Below are positions 47,958 through 57,293 of a stretch of 57,937 bases of DNA, piece by piece. A program made the translations under genes and the position numbers. Numbering within the stretch: the stretch's first letter is position 1; each line of letters opens with the position of its first letter. The DNA is from Candidatus Daviesbacteria bacterium (GTDB taxonomy: Bacteria > Patescibacteriota > Microgenomatia > Daviesbacterales > UBA10151): positions 1 to 57,937 of the forward strand of contig JAKFWZ010000053.1 of NCBI GenBank assembly GCA_021731695.1. Reading direction: 5' to 3'. The notes under the pieces were generated by a model. It saw only the letters and a program-made list of their open reading frames with translations. It was not told the DNA's origin and did not search any database.

Positions 47958-48329
47958 ATGAGAGACAAGAAGGATAAAGGTTACCACAAGCTATTAATTT
48001 GGAAAAAATCCTTCGAATTGGTCCTCGAAATATACAGAGTTACAAAATATTTCCCAAAATCTGAAGAATTTGGCTTGGTAAGTCAATTAAAGCGAGCAGC
48101 AGTTTCTGTAGTTCTGAATATCGTTGAAGGAAATAGGCGAGCGACTAAAAAGGATTTTCTACATTTTCTCAATATAGCGCAAGGATCATTATCAGAGATA
48201 GAAGCTGCCCTCGAATTAAGCTTAGGGTTAAACTTTTTGAATGAAGGAGAATACGAAAATATTGACAACAAGGTCTCTGAGCTTGCTTATCTAGTGGGAG
48301 CATTCGTTAAATCTCTGAATAAACATTAG
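47958..48329 (+). CDS. Four helix bundle protein (23S IVP / bAvd-like)
   Basis: 'L.IWKKS...IY.VT..FPKSE.FGL.SQL.RAAVSV..NI.EG..R...F..FLNIA.GSL.E'. Confidence 0.9.
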   Translation: MRDKKDKGYHKLLIWKKSFELVLEIYRVTKYFPKSEEFGLVSQLKRAAVSVVLNIVEGNRRATKKDFLHFLNIAQGSLSEIEAALELSLGLNFLNEGEYENIDNKVSELAYLVGAFVKSLNKH

Positions 48330-48507
48330 TAACCTTCGAACCTTTCGACACATTCGACTCAAGCCTACTTATCCCCATTTAATATTGTGGATAACTTTCA
48401 TGATTTGTTTTGCCTATTATGACGACCCAAACTATGTATTTATCCTCTTTATAATACTCTAGGCCATAGGTATTTTCTCTGATATTTTCCTATGGGGTGC
48501 GAATGTA

Positions 48508-48536
48508 TTGACAAATAGTTTTCCCTATGCTACTCT
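48508..48536 (+). promoter_or_regulatory. Promoter without an obvious downstream gene
   Basis: TTGACA-17 bp-TACTCT with TG extension. Confidence 0.5.
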
Positions 48537-48772
48537 CGATGAGAATACGTTAACGAAATGTTCAATATTAACCTGAAAAGAGATTTAAGAAGAAAAAGAA
48601 GTTTTGATAATAAAGATCAGATGTCTTCTCAGGTCAAAAAGATACTTGAACAAAAAGGACAGGGATTAATAGTAATGGTTAGGGGTTGATACGTTTTAAA
48701 AAGGATTTTGGGGGTTTGGTTGACTTTTAAATGAAGGTGCTGAGAAGCCTTCTTCGCGATATGATTGGCAAT

Positions 48773-48904
48773 AAGCAGACGGATTGCCAATCTTGCAAGG
48801 TCATAAAGCATAGCTTGCGATCTAACGATCTAAAGCAGACGGATTGCCAATCTTGCAAGGTCATAAAGCATAGCTTGCGATCTAACGATCTAAAGCAGAC
48901 GGAT
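48773..48904. repeat. Exact 60-bp tandem duplication (2.2 copies)
   Basis: 48781-48840 and 48841-48900 are identical; bracketed by the tcttcgcgat/atcgcgaaga IR. Confidence 0.85.
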
Positions 48905-49353
48905 CGCGAAGAACCAAAAAAGTTTTTTGGTAACTTCAATTGACAGTTAACCGGGAAGGGAAGAGTTATTTGAGAGAGGTAGGCACTTTAGAAGCGAAGA
49001 TTAAAATCAGAGCAAAAAAAAGAGCATTTAAATAGTTATAAGCGTAGCTTGCAGAGTCATAACGCTAAGCGGAACTATCGCAAGGATCTTTTTAGAAGCG
49101 AAGAAGGAGCAAAAAAAAGAGCATTACTACCGCAGACGGACTCGAATAGCAATGCCCTTTTTGATTATTACAATGATAACTTCAAGAGCAGTTAGAAGTT
49201 ATCATCATTTACTTAGAATTTCATATTCTGGGGTTTCTGTCAAGGGGTGAATTTGAGGCTAAATTGCATAGATTGCAATTTTTCACTCAAAATATTGAGT
49301 AAATAAGTGATACGAAATTTTGGGGTTAGGATCAGGGGGTAATTATTAGCATT

Positions 49354-49670
49354 GGGGACTAAACAGCACACCCTTTTGGCTTCGCCAAAAGCAGGACAGG
49401 GATTAATTGGTGAGTGCATTAAGGTGAGGTAGTACTTTGAGCTGGGGACTAATCTAGGGCAGGGATTAGTTCCCAGTCCACAGCATTACTTCATCTTTTT
49501 TTGTTGGTTGGGGACTAAGCAGTACACCCTTTTGGCTTTGCCAAAAGCAGGGCAGGGATTAGTTCCCAGTTGAGACCACAACCCTTTTTCGTGGAGACTA
49601 ATCAGCACACCCTCCGCCTTCGGCGGAGCAGGGCAGGGATTTAGATTCGAAGAATCGCCTTGTTCCCAGT
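49354..49670. repeat. Cluster of four REP-like elements
   Basis: G(G/A)GACTAA...CAGGGATT(AGTTCCCAGT) x4 with inner hairpins (ttttggc-ttc-gccaaaa; ctccgccttcggcggag). Confidence 0.75.
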
Positions 49671-49675
49671 ATAAT

Positions 49676-49760
49676 TTCGTTATTCGTTATTCGTTATTCG
49701 TTATTCGTTATTCGTTATTCGTTATTCGTTATTCGTTATTCGTTATTCGTTATTCGTTAT
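49676..49760. repeat. (TTCGTTA)n heptamer array at the stop of a four helix bundle gene
   Basis: About 12 perfect units. Confidence 0.9.
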
Positions 49761-50124
49761 CCGTTTTGATACTTTTCACTTTCTTTATTAACAGGGTAAG
49801 CATTTTTCCGACATGATCAAATTTATCATCTAAAGCTAAAAATTCCTCTTTTGTACAGTAATCTCTATTAAAAGCGGTTTTTAAATGTTCTCTTGACTCG
49901 TGGCATGATGCCTGTGCAAAGATTAAGAATCTGGAGTATTCCCGGGGATAAGACCTCCGGCCATAGCCCTCAGCAATATTAGATACTATGGAGTGTACAG
50001 ATCTTAAGAATTGATCTATTAGGCTATAAATTTCAGATTTTGGAAATTTCCTCGTCAGCTGAAATATTGATCTATCTAATTCTTCAGCCAAAATATATAC
50101 CCTTAAGTTTCTATATCCAAGCAT
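49750..50124 (-). CDS. Four helix bundle protein (23S IVP / bAvd-like)
   Basis: 'GYRNLRVY..A......FPKSEIYSL.DQ..RS..SI.SNIAEGYGR......FL..A..S..E'; ATG at 50124. Confidence 0.9.
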   Translation of the reverse strand: MLGYRNLRVYILAEELDRSIFQLTRKFPKSEIYSLIDQFLRSVHSIVSNIAEGYGRRSYPREYSRFLIFAQASCHESREHLKTAFNRDYCTKEEFLALDDKFDHVGKMLTLLIKKVKSIKTDNE

Positions 50125-50297
50125 TAAATTGAGCATAGCACAGAGTAAAAAGCGAACAACGACGAACGAAAAACGACTTATCCACCACTTATCCACAAAA
50201 TTTACTCAATGACTATCTTGTAGTAAATTTATGAAAATTATTAATCGCGCAATGAAGACCTATATATAATGTATGTTAGTAAGAATTAATGGCTGAC

Positions 50298-50326
50298 TTG
50301 ACATTGTAAAATGCCTATAGTATAAT
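50298..50326 (+). promoter_or_regulatory. Consensus sigma70 promoter
   Basis: TTGACA-17 bp-TATAAT. Confidence 0.75.
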
Positions 50327-50376
50327 TCTTAATTCATAAATAACTTTACGCAGAAATTGCAAAAAGTTTTAATTAA

Positions 50377-51192
50377 ATGTCAATTCACGAAACACCGCAA
50401 AGAATAGAAAGAAAAGTAAACACAAATACAGGAACAGTGCTTGCTTTTCGCGTTTTATCTGCGGTAGCCTCCTTAACATCCCTAGGTGCTGATGCTGTTA
50501 ATTTTTTAACCAGTTCACGAGTTGCTGAAGCTGCCGGCTGTAAAGAAAGAGTCAGTGCGATTGATGTATGTCCGCCAGAGGGTCAAACACCAAGAGCGGG
50601 AATATTTTTAAAGGCTATATCTTATGACAACGTTAATGGTAGACCTGGATTTCAAGCAGGACAAGATAGCGATGCAGAATGGATGATTGGATGGAGATAT
50701 AGAGTTGTAAATACAGCTGATCCTAGGCAATTTATTGAGGCTATTGTTGACGCGGATGGCGACCTTATTGATCAGAGGTCAGGATCTAATTTATTTATAT
50801 TCGATGGTCAGCCCAATACAACTGAACCAATCCATGGAAAACCTGCTATAAATATAGAAATCCGAAGAAGAGATGCTTTCGATAGAACCTTAAATGAGGT
50901 TGTGCCATTAGGAGATCCAGTTATTCTTCCTTCAGCAGTTAACTGTACTCCTTTAGAAGCAACGCTGAGAACAAATAAGGAATATTTAACTCAACCAACA
51001 AAACCAACTCCTACTAAATCGGAATTTGTTCCGCCAACACCAGCAGCAACTCCAACGCCAAGAGTGCCAGTTGTAAAAGTTCCTGTACAGCTTCCAAGAA
51101 CTGGAGATGGGAGTGCGCAAAGACCACTAGAGGAACTTTCTGAAGCTGAAAGACGATTAATTGAAGAATATCCAGCAGTTCCAAGACAATAA
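50377..51192 (+). CDS. Exported protein with PT linker and LPRTG motif
   Basis: N-terminal hydrophobic stretch; 'VQLPRTGDG' with no following TM. Confidence 0.6.
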   Translation: MSIHETPQRIERKVNTNTGTVLAFRVLSAVASLTSLGADAVNFLTSSRVAEAAGCKERVSAIDVCPPEGQTPRAGIFLKAISYDNVNGRPGFQAGQDSDAEWMIGWRYRVVNTADPRQFIEAIVDADGDLIDQRSGSNLFIFDGQPNTTEPIHGKPAINIEIRRRDAFDRTLNEVVPLGDPVILPSAVNCTPLEATLRTNKEYLTQPTKPTPTKSEFVPPTPAATPTPRVPVVKVPVQLPRTGDGSAQRPLEELSEAERRLIEEYPAVPRQ

Positions 51193-51194
51193 AT

Positions 51195-51223
51195 TTGACA
51201 AAGAACTTATAGTAGTGTATATT
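51195..51223 (+). promoter_or_regulatory. Sigma70-type promoter
   Basis: TTGACA-17 bp-TATATT. Confidence 0.6.
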
Positions 51224-51234
51224 ACGCAAACAAA

Positions 51235-52152
51235 ATGAATAACCCAAATCTTATAACAAAACTTCTTTCTCAGTCAGGCAGATTTTTTATGCTTGGTCTT
51301 ACTTTGTTAGTTTTAACACTAGGAACTTTCTCATTAGTTAAAGGTGAACTTTTGCAAAAAGGTCCTGCAGTGGCAGTTGCAGATACTGGTGATGAAGGTA
51401 GCCAAGATGGAGGTAATGATTGTGGCTGTGATGGTGGAGATAATGGTGGAGGAGACAATGGTGGTAATGAAGGCAATTCTGGTGGTGGGAATAATGAAGA
51501 TAATAATCCTACACCCACACCTGAGCCAACCCCTCAGCAAACCCCTACACCAACTCCAACACCAACTCCAACTCCAACTCCAACTCCAACTCCAACACAT
51601 AGACCAACCCCAACTCCAACTCCAACTCCAACTCCAACACATAGACCAACTCCAACACCAACTCCTACTCCAACACCTACTCCTGTGCCTTCCGTACAAT
51701 GTCCTGTAGGGAAAATTGCTAAAGTTGTAAATTCAACTATTGTTTGTGTTTCCCAAAACCAGAATCAGAACCAAACTCAGACACAAAACAATAACCAAAA
51801 CCAAAACGTTAATACAAATGCTAATGCAACAGGCGGAACAAGCTCAAGCACATCATCTTCCTCGAGTTCGAGCAACGTTAACTTAACTATTAATAACCCA
51901 ACTAAAGAAAAAGAAATAATAAGAGAAGTAGTAAAAACAGCAGTTGTAACCCAAACAACCCCACAGGTTGTTATGCAGACAAAAGGTGATGTTAAAGGTG
52001 AGATTAAGGAATTACCAAAAACTGGTTTGCCTTTAGCTGGTTTAGCCTTAGCTTCCTTATTACCGGCTGGCGCAGGGCTTAGAAAATTCGGTAAAAAGGC
52101 AGACGAGACTTCGGCTAATTCTATCTGGACTGAAAGACAGATGGGAAAATAA
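51235..52152 (+). CDS. Surface protein with PT repeats, Q/N-rich module and LPXTG-like sorting signal
   Basis: Signal/TM; (PT)n; '[30 protein letters not shown]'. Confidence 0.7.
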   Translation: MNNPNLITKLLSQSGRFFMLGLTLLVLTLGTFSLVKGELLQKGPAVAVADTGDEGSQDGGNDCGCDGGDNGGGDNGGNEGNSGGGNNEDNNPTPTPEPTPQQTPTPTPTPTPTPTPTPTPTHRPTPTPTPTPTPTHRPTPTPTPTPTPTPVPSVQCPVGKIAKVVNSTIVCVSQNQNQNQTQTQNNNQNQNVNTNANATGGTSSSTSSSSSSSNVNLTINNPTKEKEIIREVVKTAVVTQTTPQVVMQTKGDVKGEIKELPKTGLPLAGLALASLLPAGAGLRKFGKKADETSANSIWTERQMGK

Positions 52153-52199
52153 GTTAACTAAGGTAACTAAGGTAACTAAGGTAACTAAGGTAACTTAAG
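52150..52199. repeat. 9-bp tandem array (TAAGGTAAC)n starting at a stop codon
   Basis: About 5 units; related short array at 56164-56192. Confidence 0.75.
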
Positions 52200-52260
52200 T
52201 AGCTTGAGGTTCGAAGATAAAAAGTTCTGCCCCCAATGAAAGATATTTCAATATAAACTT

Positions 52261-53298
52261 ATGAGATTTAATTTAGCTATATTCGTTAAATATTTAAAAA
52301 GAGCAAATTTCCTTTTAGCCTCATTATTTTTAATACTGTTTAGTGTTTTTTTAGCAGGTGAAACTCCAACTGGAGCCAAAGCTGCTTTTCTGAATAATAT
52401 CGTAGGAAATTTTGGTGCATCAGAAATTACATCACAGGGGCAGAGCATAAACGAAACTTTAGTCTTAACCGGATTTGCGGAGTGCTATATGAATCAGCCC
52501 TCCATAACTATTGATTTTAATGATATTCACCCTGAAGATCCGATGTTCCTTTATTCAATCGAGTCTTCGCCTGTCATATTCACAAACGGTCAGATTCCGG
52601 GAAAATTAAGTTTAAGACCTTTAAGGATTACTAATTTCGGGAACGTTGTCGTTTCACCAAACACAATCTATTCAATTTATTTACAATCAACTCAGGGCCA
52701 CAGATCAAATACAATTACTGTAACAACACCTGCAACTTGTGCAACTCCTACACCTACCCCAACACCAACACCTACCCCAACACCTGATTATGCTTGTACA
52801 CCTATGCATCAGAACGCTATGGTAAATCAGGCCGTGAACTTTTCAATAGGTTCAATCAATCCTGGTAATATATGGACAGCTAACGGAGGCTCACCTTCAG
52901 CCGGAACAGGAAGCACCTTTCAGACATCATATGCCAATCCCGGAATATATGAAGTCCGCGCAAGTGATGCAATAACTGCATGTCATGTCACTGTAGTTGC
53001 TCCAACTCCAACTCCAACACCAACCCCTACACCAACACCTACCCCAACACCTAGTTACACTCCTAAGCCAACATCTACGCCGATGCCTGGCGTAATGTGC
53101 CCTATAAATCATATTCACAAGATCATTGACTCAACTCTGGTTTGTGTTTCACAAAACCAAAACCAGGAACAGAATCAAGAACAGAACAATAATCAAAACC
53201 AGAATGTTAATACAAATGCAAATGCGACTGGCGGAAAAAGTTCAAGCTCATCATCTAATTCAAGTTCAAGCTCGGTTAACGTTACTTTGAATTATTAA
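52261..53298 (+). CDS. Exported PT-repeat protein with PKD/Ig-like segment and the same Q/N-rich module
   Basis: 'F.TSYANPG.YEV' PKD-like; '[35 protein letters not shown]' shared with 51235..52152. Confidence 0.65.
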   Translation: MRFNLAIFVKYLKRANFLLASLFLILFSVFLAGETPTGAKAAFLNNIVGNFGASEITSQGQSINETLVLTGFAECYMNQPSITIDFNDIHPEDPMFLYSIESSPVIFTNGQIPGKLSLRPLRITNFGNVVVSPNTIYSIYLQSTQGHRSNTITVTTPATCATPTPTPTPTPTPTPDYACTPMHQNAMVNQAVNFSIGSINPGNIWTANGGSPSAGTGSTFQTSYANPGIYEVRASDAITACHVTVVAPTPTPTPTPTPTPTPTPSYTPKPTSTPMPGVMCPINHIHKIIDSTLVCVSQNQNQEQNQEQNNNQNQNVNTNANATGGKSSSSSSNSSSSSVNVTLNY

Positions 53299-53330
53299 GT
53301 TTGAAGCAAGCATATCAGGCATTTTCCCAG

Positions 53331-53359
53331 TTGACGAAGAAAGACATAAAGGATAAAAT
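53331..53359 (+). promoter_or_regulatory. rho promoter
   Basis: TTGACG-17 bp-TAAAAT. Confidence 0.5.
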
Positions 53360-53447
53360 ATACATAATCTAACATTAATATTCTTCTTTCGTTTCTGAAA
53401 TTAATGATTTCCAAAAATAAATAATCCACTAACAATTCATTCCATCT

Positions 53448-54935
53448 ATGGCTAATACACGTTCATTTAAACCAAAACCTACAACTGAAAAAGCTCCTGA
53501 AACAGAGGAGACAGTTGAAAGTGCCGGTGAGTCGAAAGTGACGAATGCGTCGAATGAGTCGGAGGTCAAAACATCCGGCAGTAACGAAGCTTCACAGGAA
53601 AGCCAGACTGCAAATTCAGAACATGCAAGATTTGAATCCCAGGGATATTCTGACCAGGGATCAGAGTCCTATAGACCAAGATATTCAAGATACGAAGGCA
53701 ATGGCGGTGGGGGATATTCGAATGGTGGAGGAGATTATAATCGCGGAGGATATAGAAGTAGAAGTAATACCGAGGATAATACCCGGGATGTTCCGACCGA
53801 AGACGTAGCAGGATATCTGGATATTATGCCTGAAGGTCATGGATTCTTAAGACCTAAATATATACCTTCTGATATGGATGTATATATTTCAGCCAGCCAA
53901 ATCCGCAGATTTAATTTAAGAGGCGGAGACTTCGTTGAAGGCGGAGCAAGACAGCCTAAGGAAAATGAAAGATATTTCGGATTGCTTCAGGTAAGTAAAG
54001 TAAACTCAAAGCCCTCAGAAGAATTTGTATCTGAAGTTGGTGCTAACGGGAGACCGGCTAAATCAAAGAGAACTAAATTTGAAGATCTGACTGCAATTTA
54101 TCCAAATAAACAGTTAAGGCTAGAAACAGGAAAATTCCCGGCTTCTCAAAGAGTGATTGATTTGATTTCACCGATTGGTTTCGGTCAAAGGGGAATGATT
54201 GTTTCGCCTCCAAAAGCTGGTAAAACCACAATTTTAAAAGATTTGGCTGCAGGAATTTCCAAAAACCATCCAGATGCAGTATTAATGGCAGTGCTTGTCG
54301 GTGAGCGTCCTGAAGAGGTGACTGATTTATCCCGGAGCATTAAAGGCGATGTTATTGCCTCAAATTTTGATGAGCCAGCTGAGAATCAAACCAGAGCAGC
54401 TGAAGTGGCTTTAGAGCGTGCGAAACGTTTAGTTGAAGAAGGTAAAGATGTTGTAATCCTTCTGGACTCTATTACAAGATTAGGCCGTGCATATAACTTA
54501 TCAGTTCCACCTTCAGGAAGAACTTTATCAGGAGGATTTGATCCTGTAGCTTTATATCCACCAAAGAAATTCTTTGGAGCGGCGAGAAATTGCGAAGAGG
54601 GCGGATCGCTCACGATTATCGGAACTGCTTTAGTTGATACAGGTTCCAGAATGGATGATTTGATTTATGAAGAGTTTAAAGGTACGGGAAACATGGAGCT
54701 TCATCTTGATAGAAAACTTGCGGAAAGAAGAATCTTCCCGGCAATTGATATCTCTGCTTCAGGCACAAGACAGGAACAGCTTATGTTTGTTAAGGAAGTT
54801 TATGACAAGATGGTTGTGATGCATAGAATGTTAAGGCTTCTAAATGATAGCGAACAGACTGATTTGTTTTTGCAACAACTGGCGAAGACTGATACTAATG
54901 AAGAATTCCTTTCCTCCTTAAAAGACTTCAAATAA
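53448..54935 (+). CDS. rho: Transcription termination factor Rho with disordered N-terminal extension
   Basis: 'G.GFLR', 'DVYISASQIRRFNLR', 'PIGFGQRGMIVSPPKAGKT', 'LDSITRL', 'EEFKGTGNME'. Confidence 0.97.
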   Translation: MANTRSFKPKPTTEKAPETEETVESAGESKVTNASNESEVKTSGSNEASQESQTANSEHARFESQGYSDQGSESYRPRYSRYEGNGGGGYSNGGGDYNRGGYRSRSNTEDNTRDVPTEDVAGYLDIMPEGHGFLRPKYIPSDMDVYISASQIRRFNLRGGDFVEGGARQPKENERYFGLLQVSKVNSKPSEEFVSEVGANGRPAKSKRTKFEDLTAIYPNKQLRLETGKFPASQRVIDLISPIGFGQRGMIVSPPKAGKTTILKDLAAGISKNHPDAVLMAVLVGERPEEVTDLSRSIKGDVIASNFDEPAENQTRAAEVALERAKRLVEEGKDVVILLDSITRLGRAYNLSVPPSGRTLSGGFDPVALYPPKKFFGAARNCEEGGSLTIIGTALVDTGSRMDDLIYEEFKGTGNMELHLDRKLAERRIFPAIDISASGTRQEQLMFVKEVYDKMVVMHRMLRLLNDSEQTDLFLQQLAKTDTNEEFLSSLKDFK

Positions 54936-55047
54936 TTGATTAGTGATTACAGATTAACGATTAAAGAATAAATCGCAATCCAAAAAATCATTAATCATTA
55001 ATCATTAATCCTCATTCTTTTTTCTGTGGTAGAATATTTCGGACTTC

Positions 55048-56166
55048 ATGAATTCTTTTCTGTCGGATCTTAAATCCCTATTCAAATATCTTATCGTTTA
55101 TCAGACTGCGAAGACAGCCAGAATTGCCAAAGGACTGGAAGGCTTTAAAAACAAGACCGCCGAAATTCTTATGCATAGGCGGGGGAGGATGCAAAAATAT
55201 TTTTTCCATGCCTCAATGCTTGGGCTTGTAACTATTGGATTGGTTTCCTCCGGGATTTTTGGTTCAGATGCGATTGTGGTTAAGTCTTTCCCTGGAGTAG
55301 GCGAACCTGATCCTACAGTGATTGAAACATTTGATCCAAATGCTTCGGGTTTAAGTCTTAAAGCTTTGATTGATTTTAAAACCTCAGTTTCAGAAAAACC
55401 CCGCTCTGAAATTATTGAATATGAAGTCCAAAATGGAGATACACTTTCTACGATCGCTGAGAAATTCGGCATTTCCCAAGACACGATTAAATGGGCGAAT
55501 GATATGGAATCAAAAGACAGCATTAAGCCCGGTCAGAAGTTAAAAATTTTACCGGTTACAGGCGTAGCTTACACTGTAAAATCAGGTGATAATCTTGAAT
55601 CCATTGCTAAAAAATTTGATACAGGTTCGCAGGGAGTTTTAGATTTTCCGTTTAATGACGTGCCTGATGATCAAAAACTCGCAGTGGGTCAACTCCTGAT
55701 TATTCCCGATGGAGTTCCGCCTGAAGCTCGTGCGACTCCAAGACCTCAATCACGTATAGCATTTTCAACTGGTCCAAAAACTACATTCAGTGCTCCCGGC
55801 GGAGGAAACTTTATGTGGCCGACAAGCTTCCAGATGATCTCAACTAATTTTGCCTGGTGGCATCCCGGAATTGATATGGCCAATCGGGCGTCTCCTGGAG
55901 TTGCAGCCTCGGATGGCGGAACGATCGTTGTCGCCGGATGGCCTGATAATTATGGATATGGAAACAGGGTTGTGGTTGATCACGGCAATGGTTACCAGAC
56001 ACTGTACGCTCATTTATCAAATATTTATGTTTCGGTCGGGCAGAAAGTCTCAAGAGGACAAATTGTGGGACAGATGGGATCAACCGGAAGGTCAACCGGG
56101 ACTCATTTGCATTTTGAAATCCGCTATAAGGGAGTTGCTCTAAACCCCTTAGCGATTCTAAGATAA
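55048..56166 (+). CDS. LysM + M23 peptidase
   Basis: Two LysM repeats; 'HPGID', 'YGNRVVVDH..GY.TLYAHL', 'STG.STGTHLHFEI'. Confidence 0.92.
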   Translation: MNSFLSDLKSLFKYLIVYQTAKTARIAKGLEGFKNKTAEILMHRRGRMQKYFFHASMLGLVTIGLVSSGIFGSDAIVVKSFPGVGEPDPTVIETFDPNASGLSLKALIDFKTSVSEKPRSEIIEYEVQNGDTLSTIAEKFGISQDTIKWANDMESKDSIKPGQKLKILPVTGVAYTVKSGDNLESIAKKFDTGSQGVLDFPFNDVPDDQKLAVGQLLIIPDGVPPEARATPRPQSRIAFSTGPKTTFSAPGGGNFMWPTSFQMISTNFAWWHPGIDMANRASPGVAASDGGTIVVAGWPDNYGYGNRVVVDHGNGYQTLYAHLSNIYVSVGQKVSRGQIVGQMGSTGRSTGTHLHFEIRYKGVALNPLAILR

Positions 56167-56209
56167 GCCTCTTAAGATACTTAAGTAACTTAGGTATAAT
56201 CAAAAATAA

Positions 56210-57145
56210 ATGTTTAGCTCTTTTCTCTTTAAACTCATTTTAACCGTTATTATCTCTATTTTTATCGGTTTTCAGATTGCAAAATTTGATATACAACCTG
56301 CGGATCTTACGATACAGGAAACTACTTATAGTTTTAGAAAAATAGTGGAGCCTGAGCCTCCAAAAATAGAACAGGATCCGGCATTACAATCTCAAATTGA
56401 GCAATACCTGTCTGACAAAACAGGGGAATATGCAGTTTATGTTAAAGACTTAAAGCCTGAAGGTAAAAGAAATGCTTGTATCAGATGCGAAGAAGGATTT
56501 GAGGCAGCATCGCTCTACAAGGTCTTTTTAATGGTTGCGGTTTACCAGGCAGTTAACGACGGGAACTTTACTTTGGATACGGAAATTTCGGCAAAAATGA
56601 GTCATTTAAACGAAGTTTATGGCGGGGTTGATTTCGGTTATGAGAACTTTTCTGATGAGGAAGTTATCGGGTATACAGTTAGGGAAGCTTTAGACAGGAT
56701 TGCCCGGGTTTCTGATAATTACTCCGCAATAATGTTAGCGGAAAAAGTTGGATGGAATAGTGTTCAGGCTGTTGCTGATGAAATTGATGCTAAAAACACT
56801 TCTATTAAAAGCCCGATCACGACTTCAGCAGAGGATGTTGGTGTCTTAATGGAGAAACTCTATAACGGTCAGATGGTTTCGCTTGAATCTTCAGAGCAGA
56901 TTTTAGATACGCTGACACTTGCCCAAATAAATAATCGTATTCCTGAGAAGCTTCCGAAAGAAACAAAAATCGCCCATAAAACCGGAGAGCTTGCGGGAGT
57001 CAGAAATGATGCCGGTGTTGTTTTTTTAAACGGCAATCCGTATGTGATTGTTGAGATGAGTAAGAATTTGAAAGGTGAAGACGCGGGGGTTGAAAATCTG
57101 GCAGAGATATCAAAAATTGTTTATGACTATTACAATGCCAATTAA
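56210..57145 (+). CDS. Class A beta-lactamase-like serine hydrolase
   Basis: SxxK 'AASLYK', 'SDN', 'HKTG'. Confidence 0.88.
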   Translation: MFSSFLFKLILTVIISIFIGFQIAKFDIQPADLTIQETTYSFRKIVEPEPPKIEQDPALQSQIEQYLSDKTGEYAVYVKDLKPEGKRNACIRCEEGFEAASLYKVFLMVAVYQAVNDGNFTLDTEISAKMSHLNEVYGGVDFGYENFSDEEVIGYTVREALDRIARVSDNYSAIMLAEKVGWNSVQAVADEIDAKNTSIKSPITTSAEDVGVLMEKLYNGQMVSLESSEQILDTLTLAQINNRIPEKLPKETKIAHKTGELAGVRNDAGVVFLNGNPYVIVEMSKNLKGEDAGVENLAEISKIVYDYYNAN

Positions 57146-57207
57146 CAATGATCAATTAACAATTGTTGTATTTGATTTCATCAAAATTTATAATTTGCAA
57201 GCACGAT

Positions 57208-57279
57208 GGGCCTGTGGTCTACCGGTATGATGTCTCCATGGCATGGAGAAGGTAAGGGGTTCGATTCCCCTCAGGTCCA
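57208..57279 (+). tRNA. tRNA-Ala(GGC), CCA not encoded
   Basis: GGGCCTG/CAGGTCC acceptor stem with G3:U70; TCTCC-AT-GGC-AT-GGAGA anticodon arm (A32/U38); GGTTCGATTCC T-loop. Confidence 0.93.
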
Positions 57280-57293
57280 CAATTAAAATTAAT

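Noticed and set aside
48727-48943. 70-aa ORFs on both strands
   Set aside because: Produced by the 60-bp duplication, which itself could be an assembly artefact
46921-49670. Possible CRISPR arrays (46921-47023, 49354-49670)
   Set aside because: Repeats vary in length and sequence, spacers are irregular, and there are no cas genes in the window
47958-50124. Diversity-generating retroelement suggested by Avd-like genes
   Set aside because: No reverse transcriptase, and I noticed no TR/VR pair differing at adenines
50125-50196. N-terminal extension of the four helix bundle ORF
   Set aside because: Overlaps repeat arm and promoter; family similarity starts at ATG 50124
48369-50197. oriC based on DnaA boxes (48369, 48386, 50178, 50189)
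   Set aside because: Only two perfect boxes, 1.8 kb apart, with no dnaA/dnaN nearby; needs whole-genome skew analysis
56210-57145. Antibiotic-resistance beta-lactamase
   Set aside because: Motifs fit the broad class A-like serine hydrolase family; activity cannot be inferred and cell-wall context is as plausible
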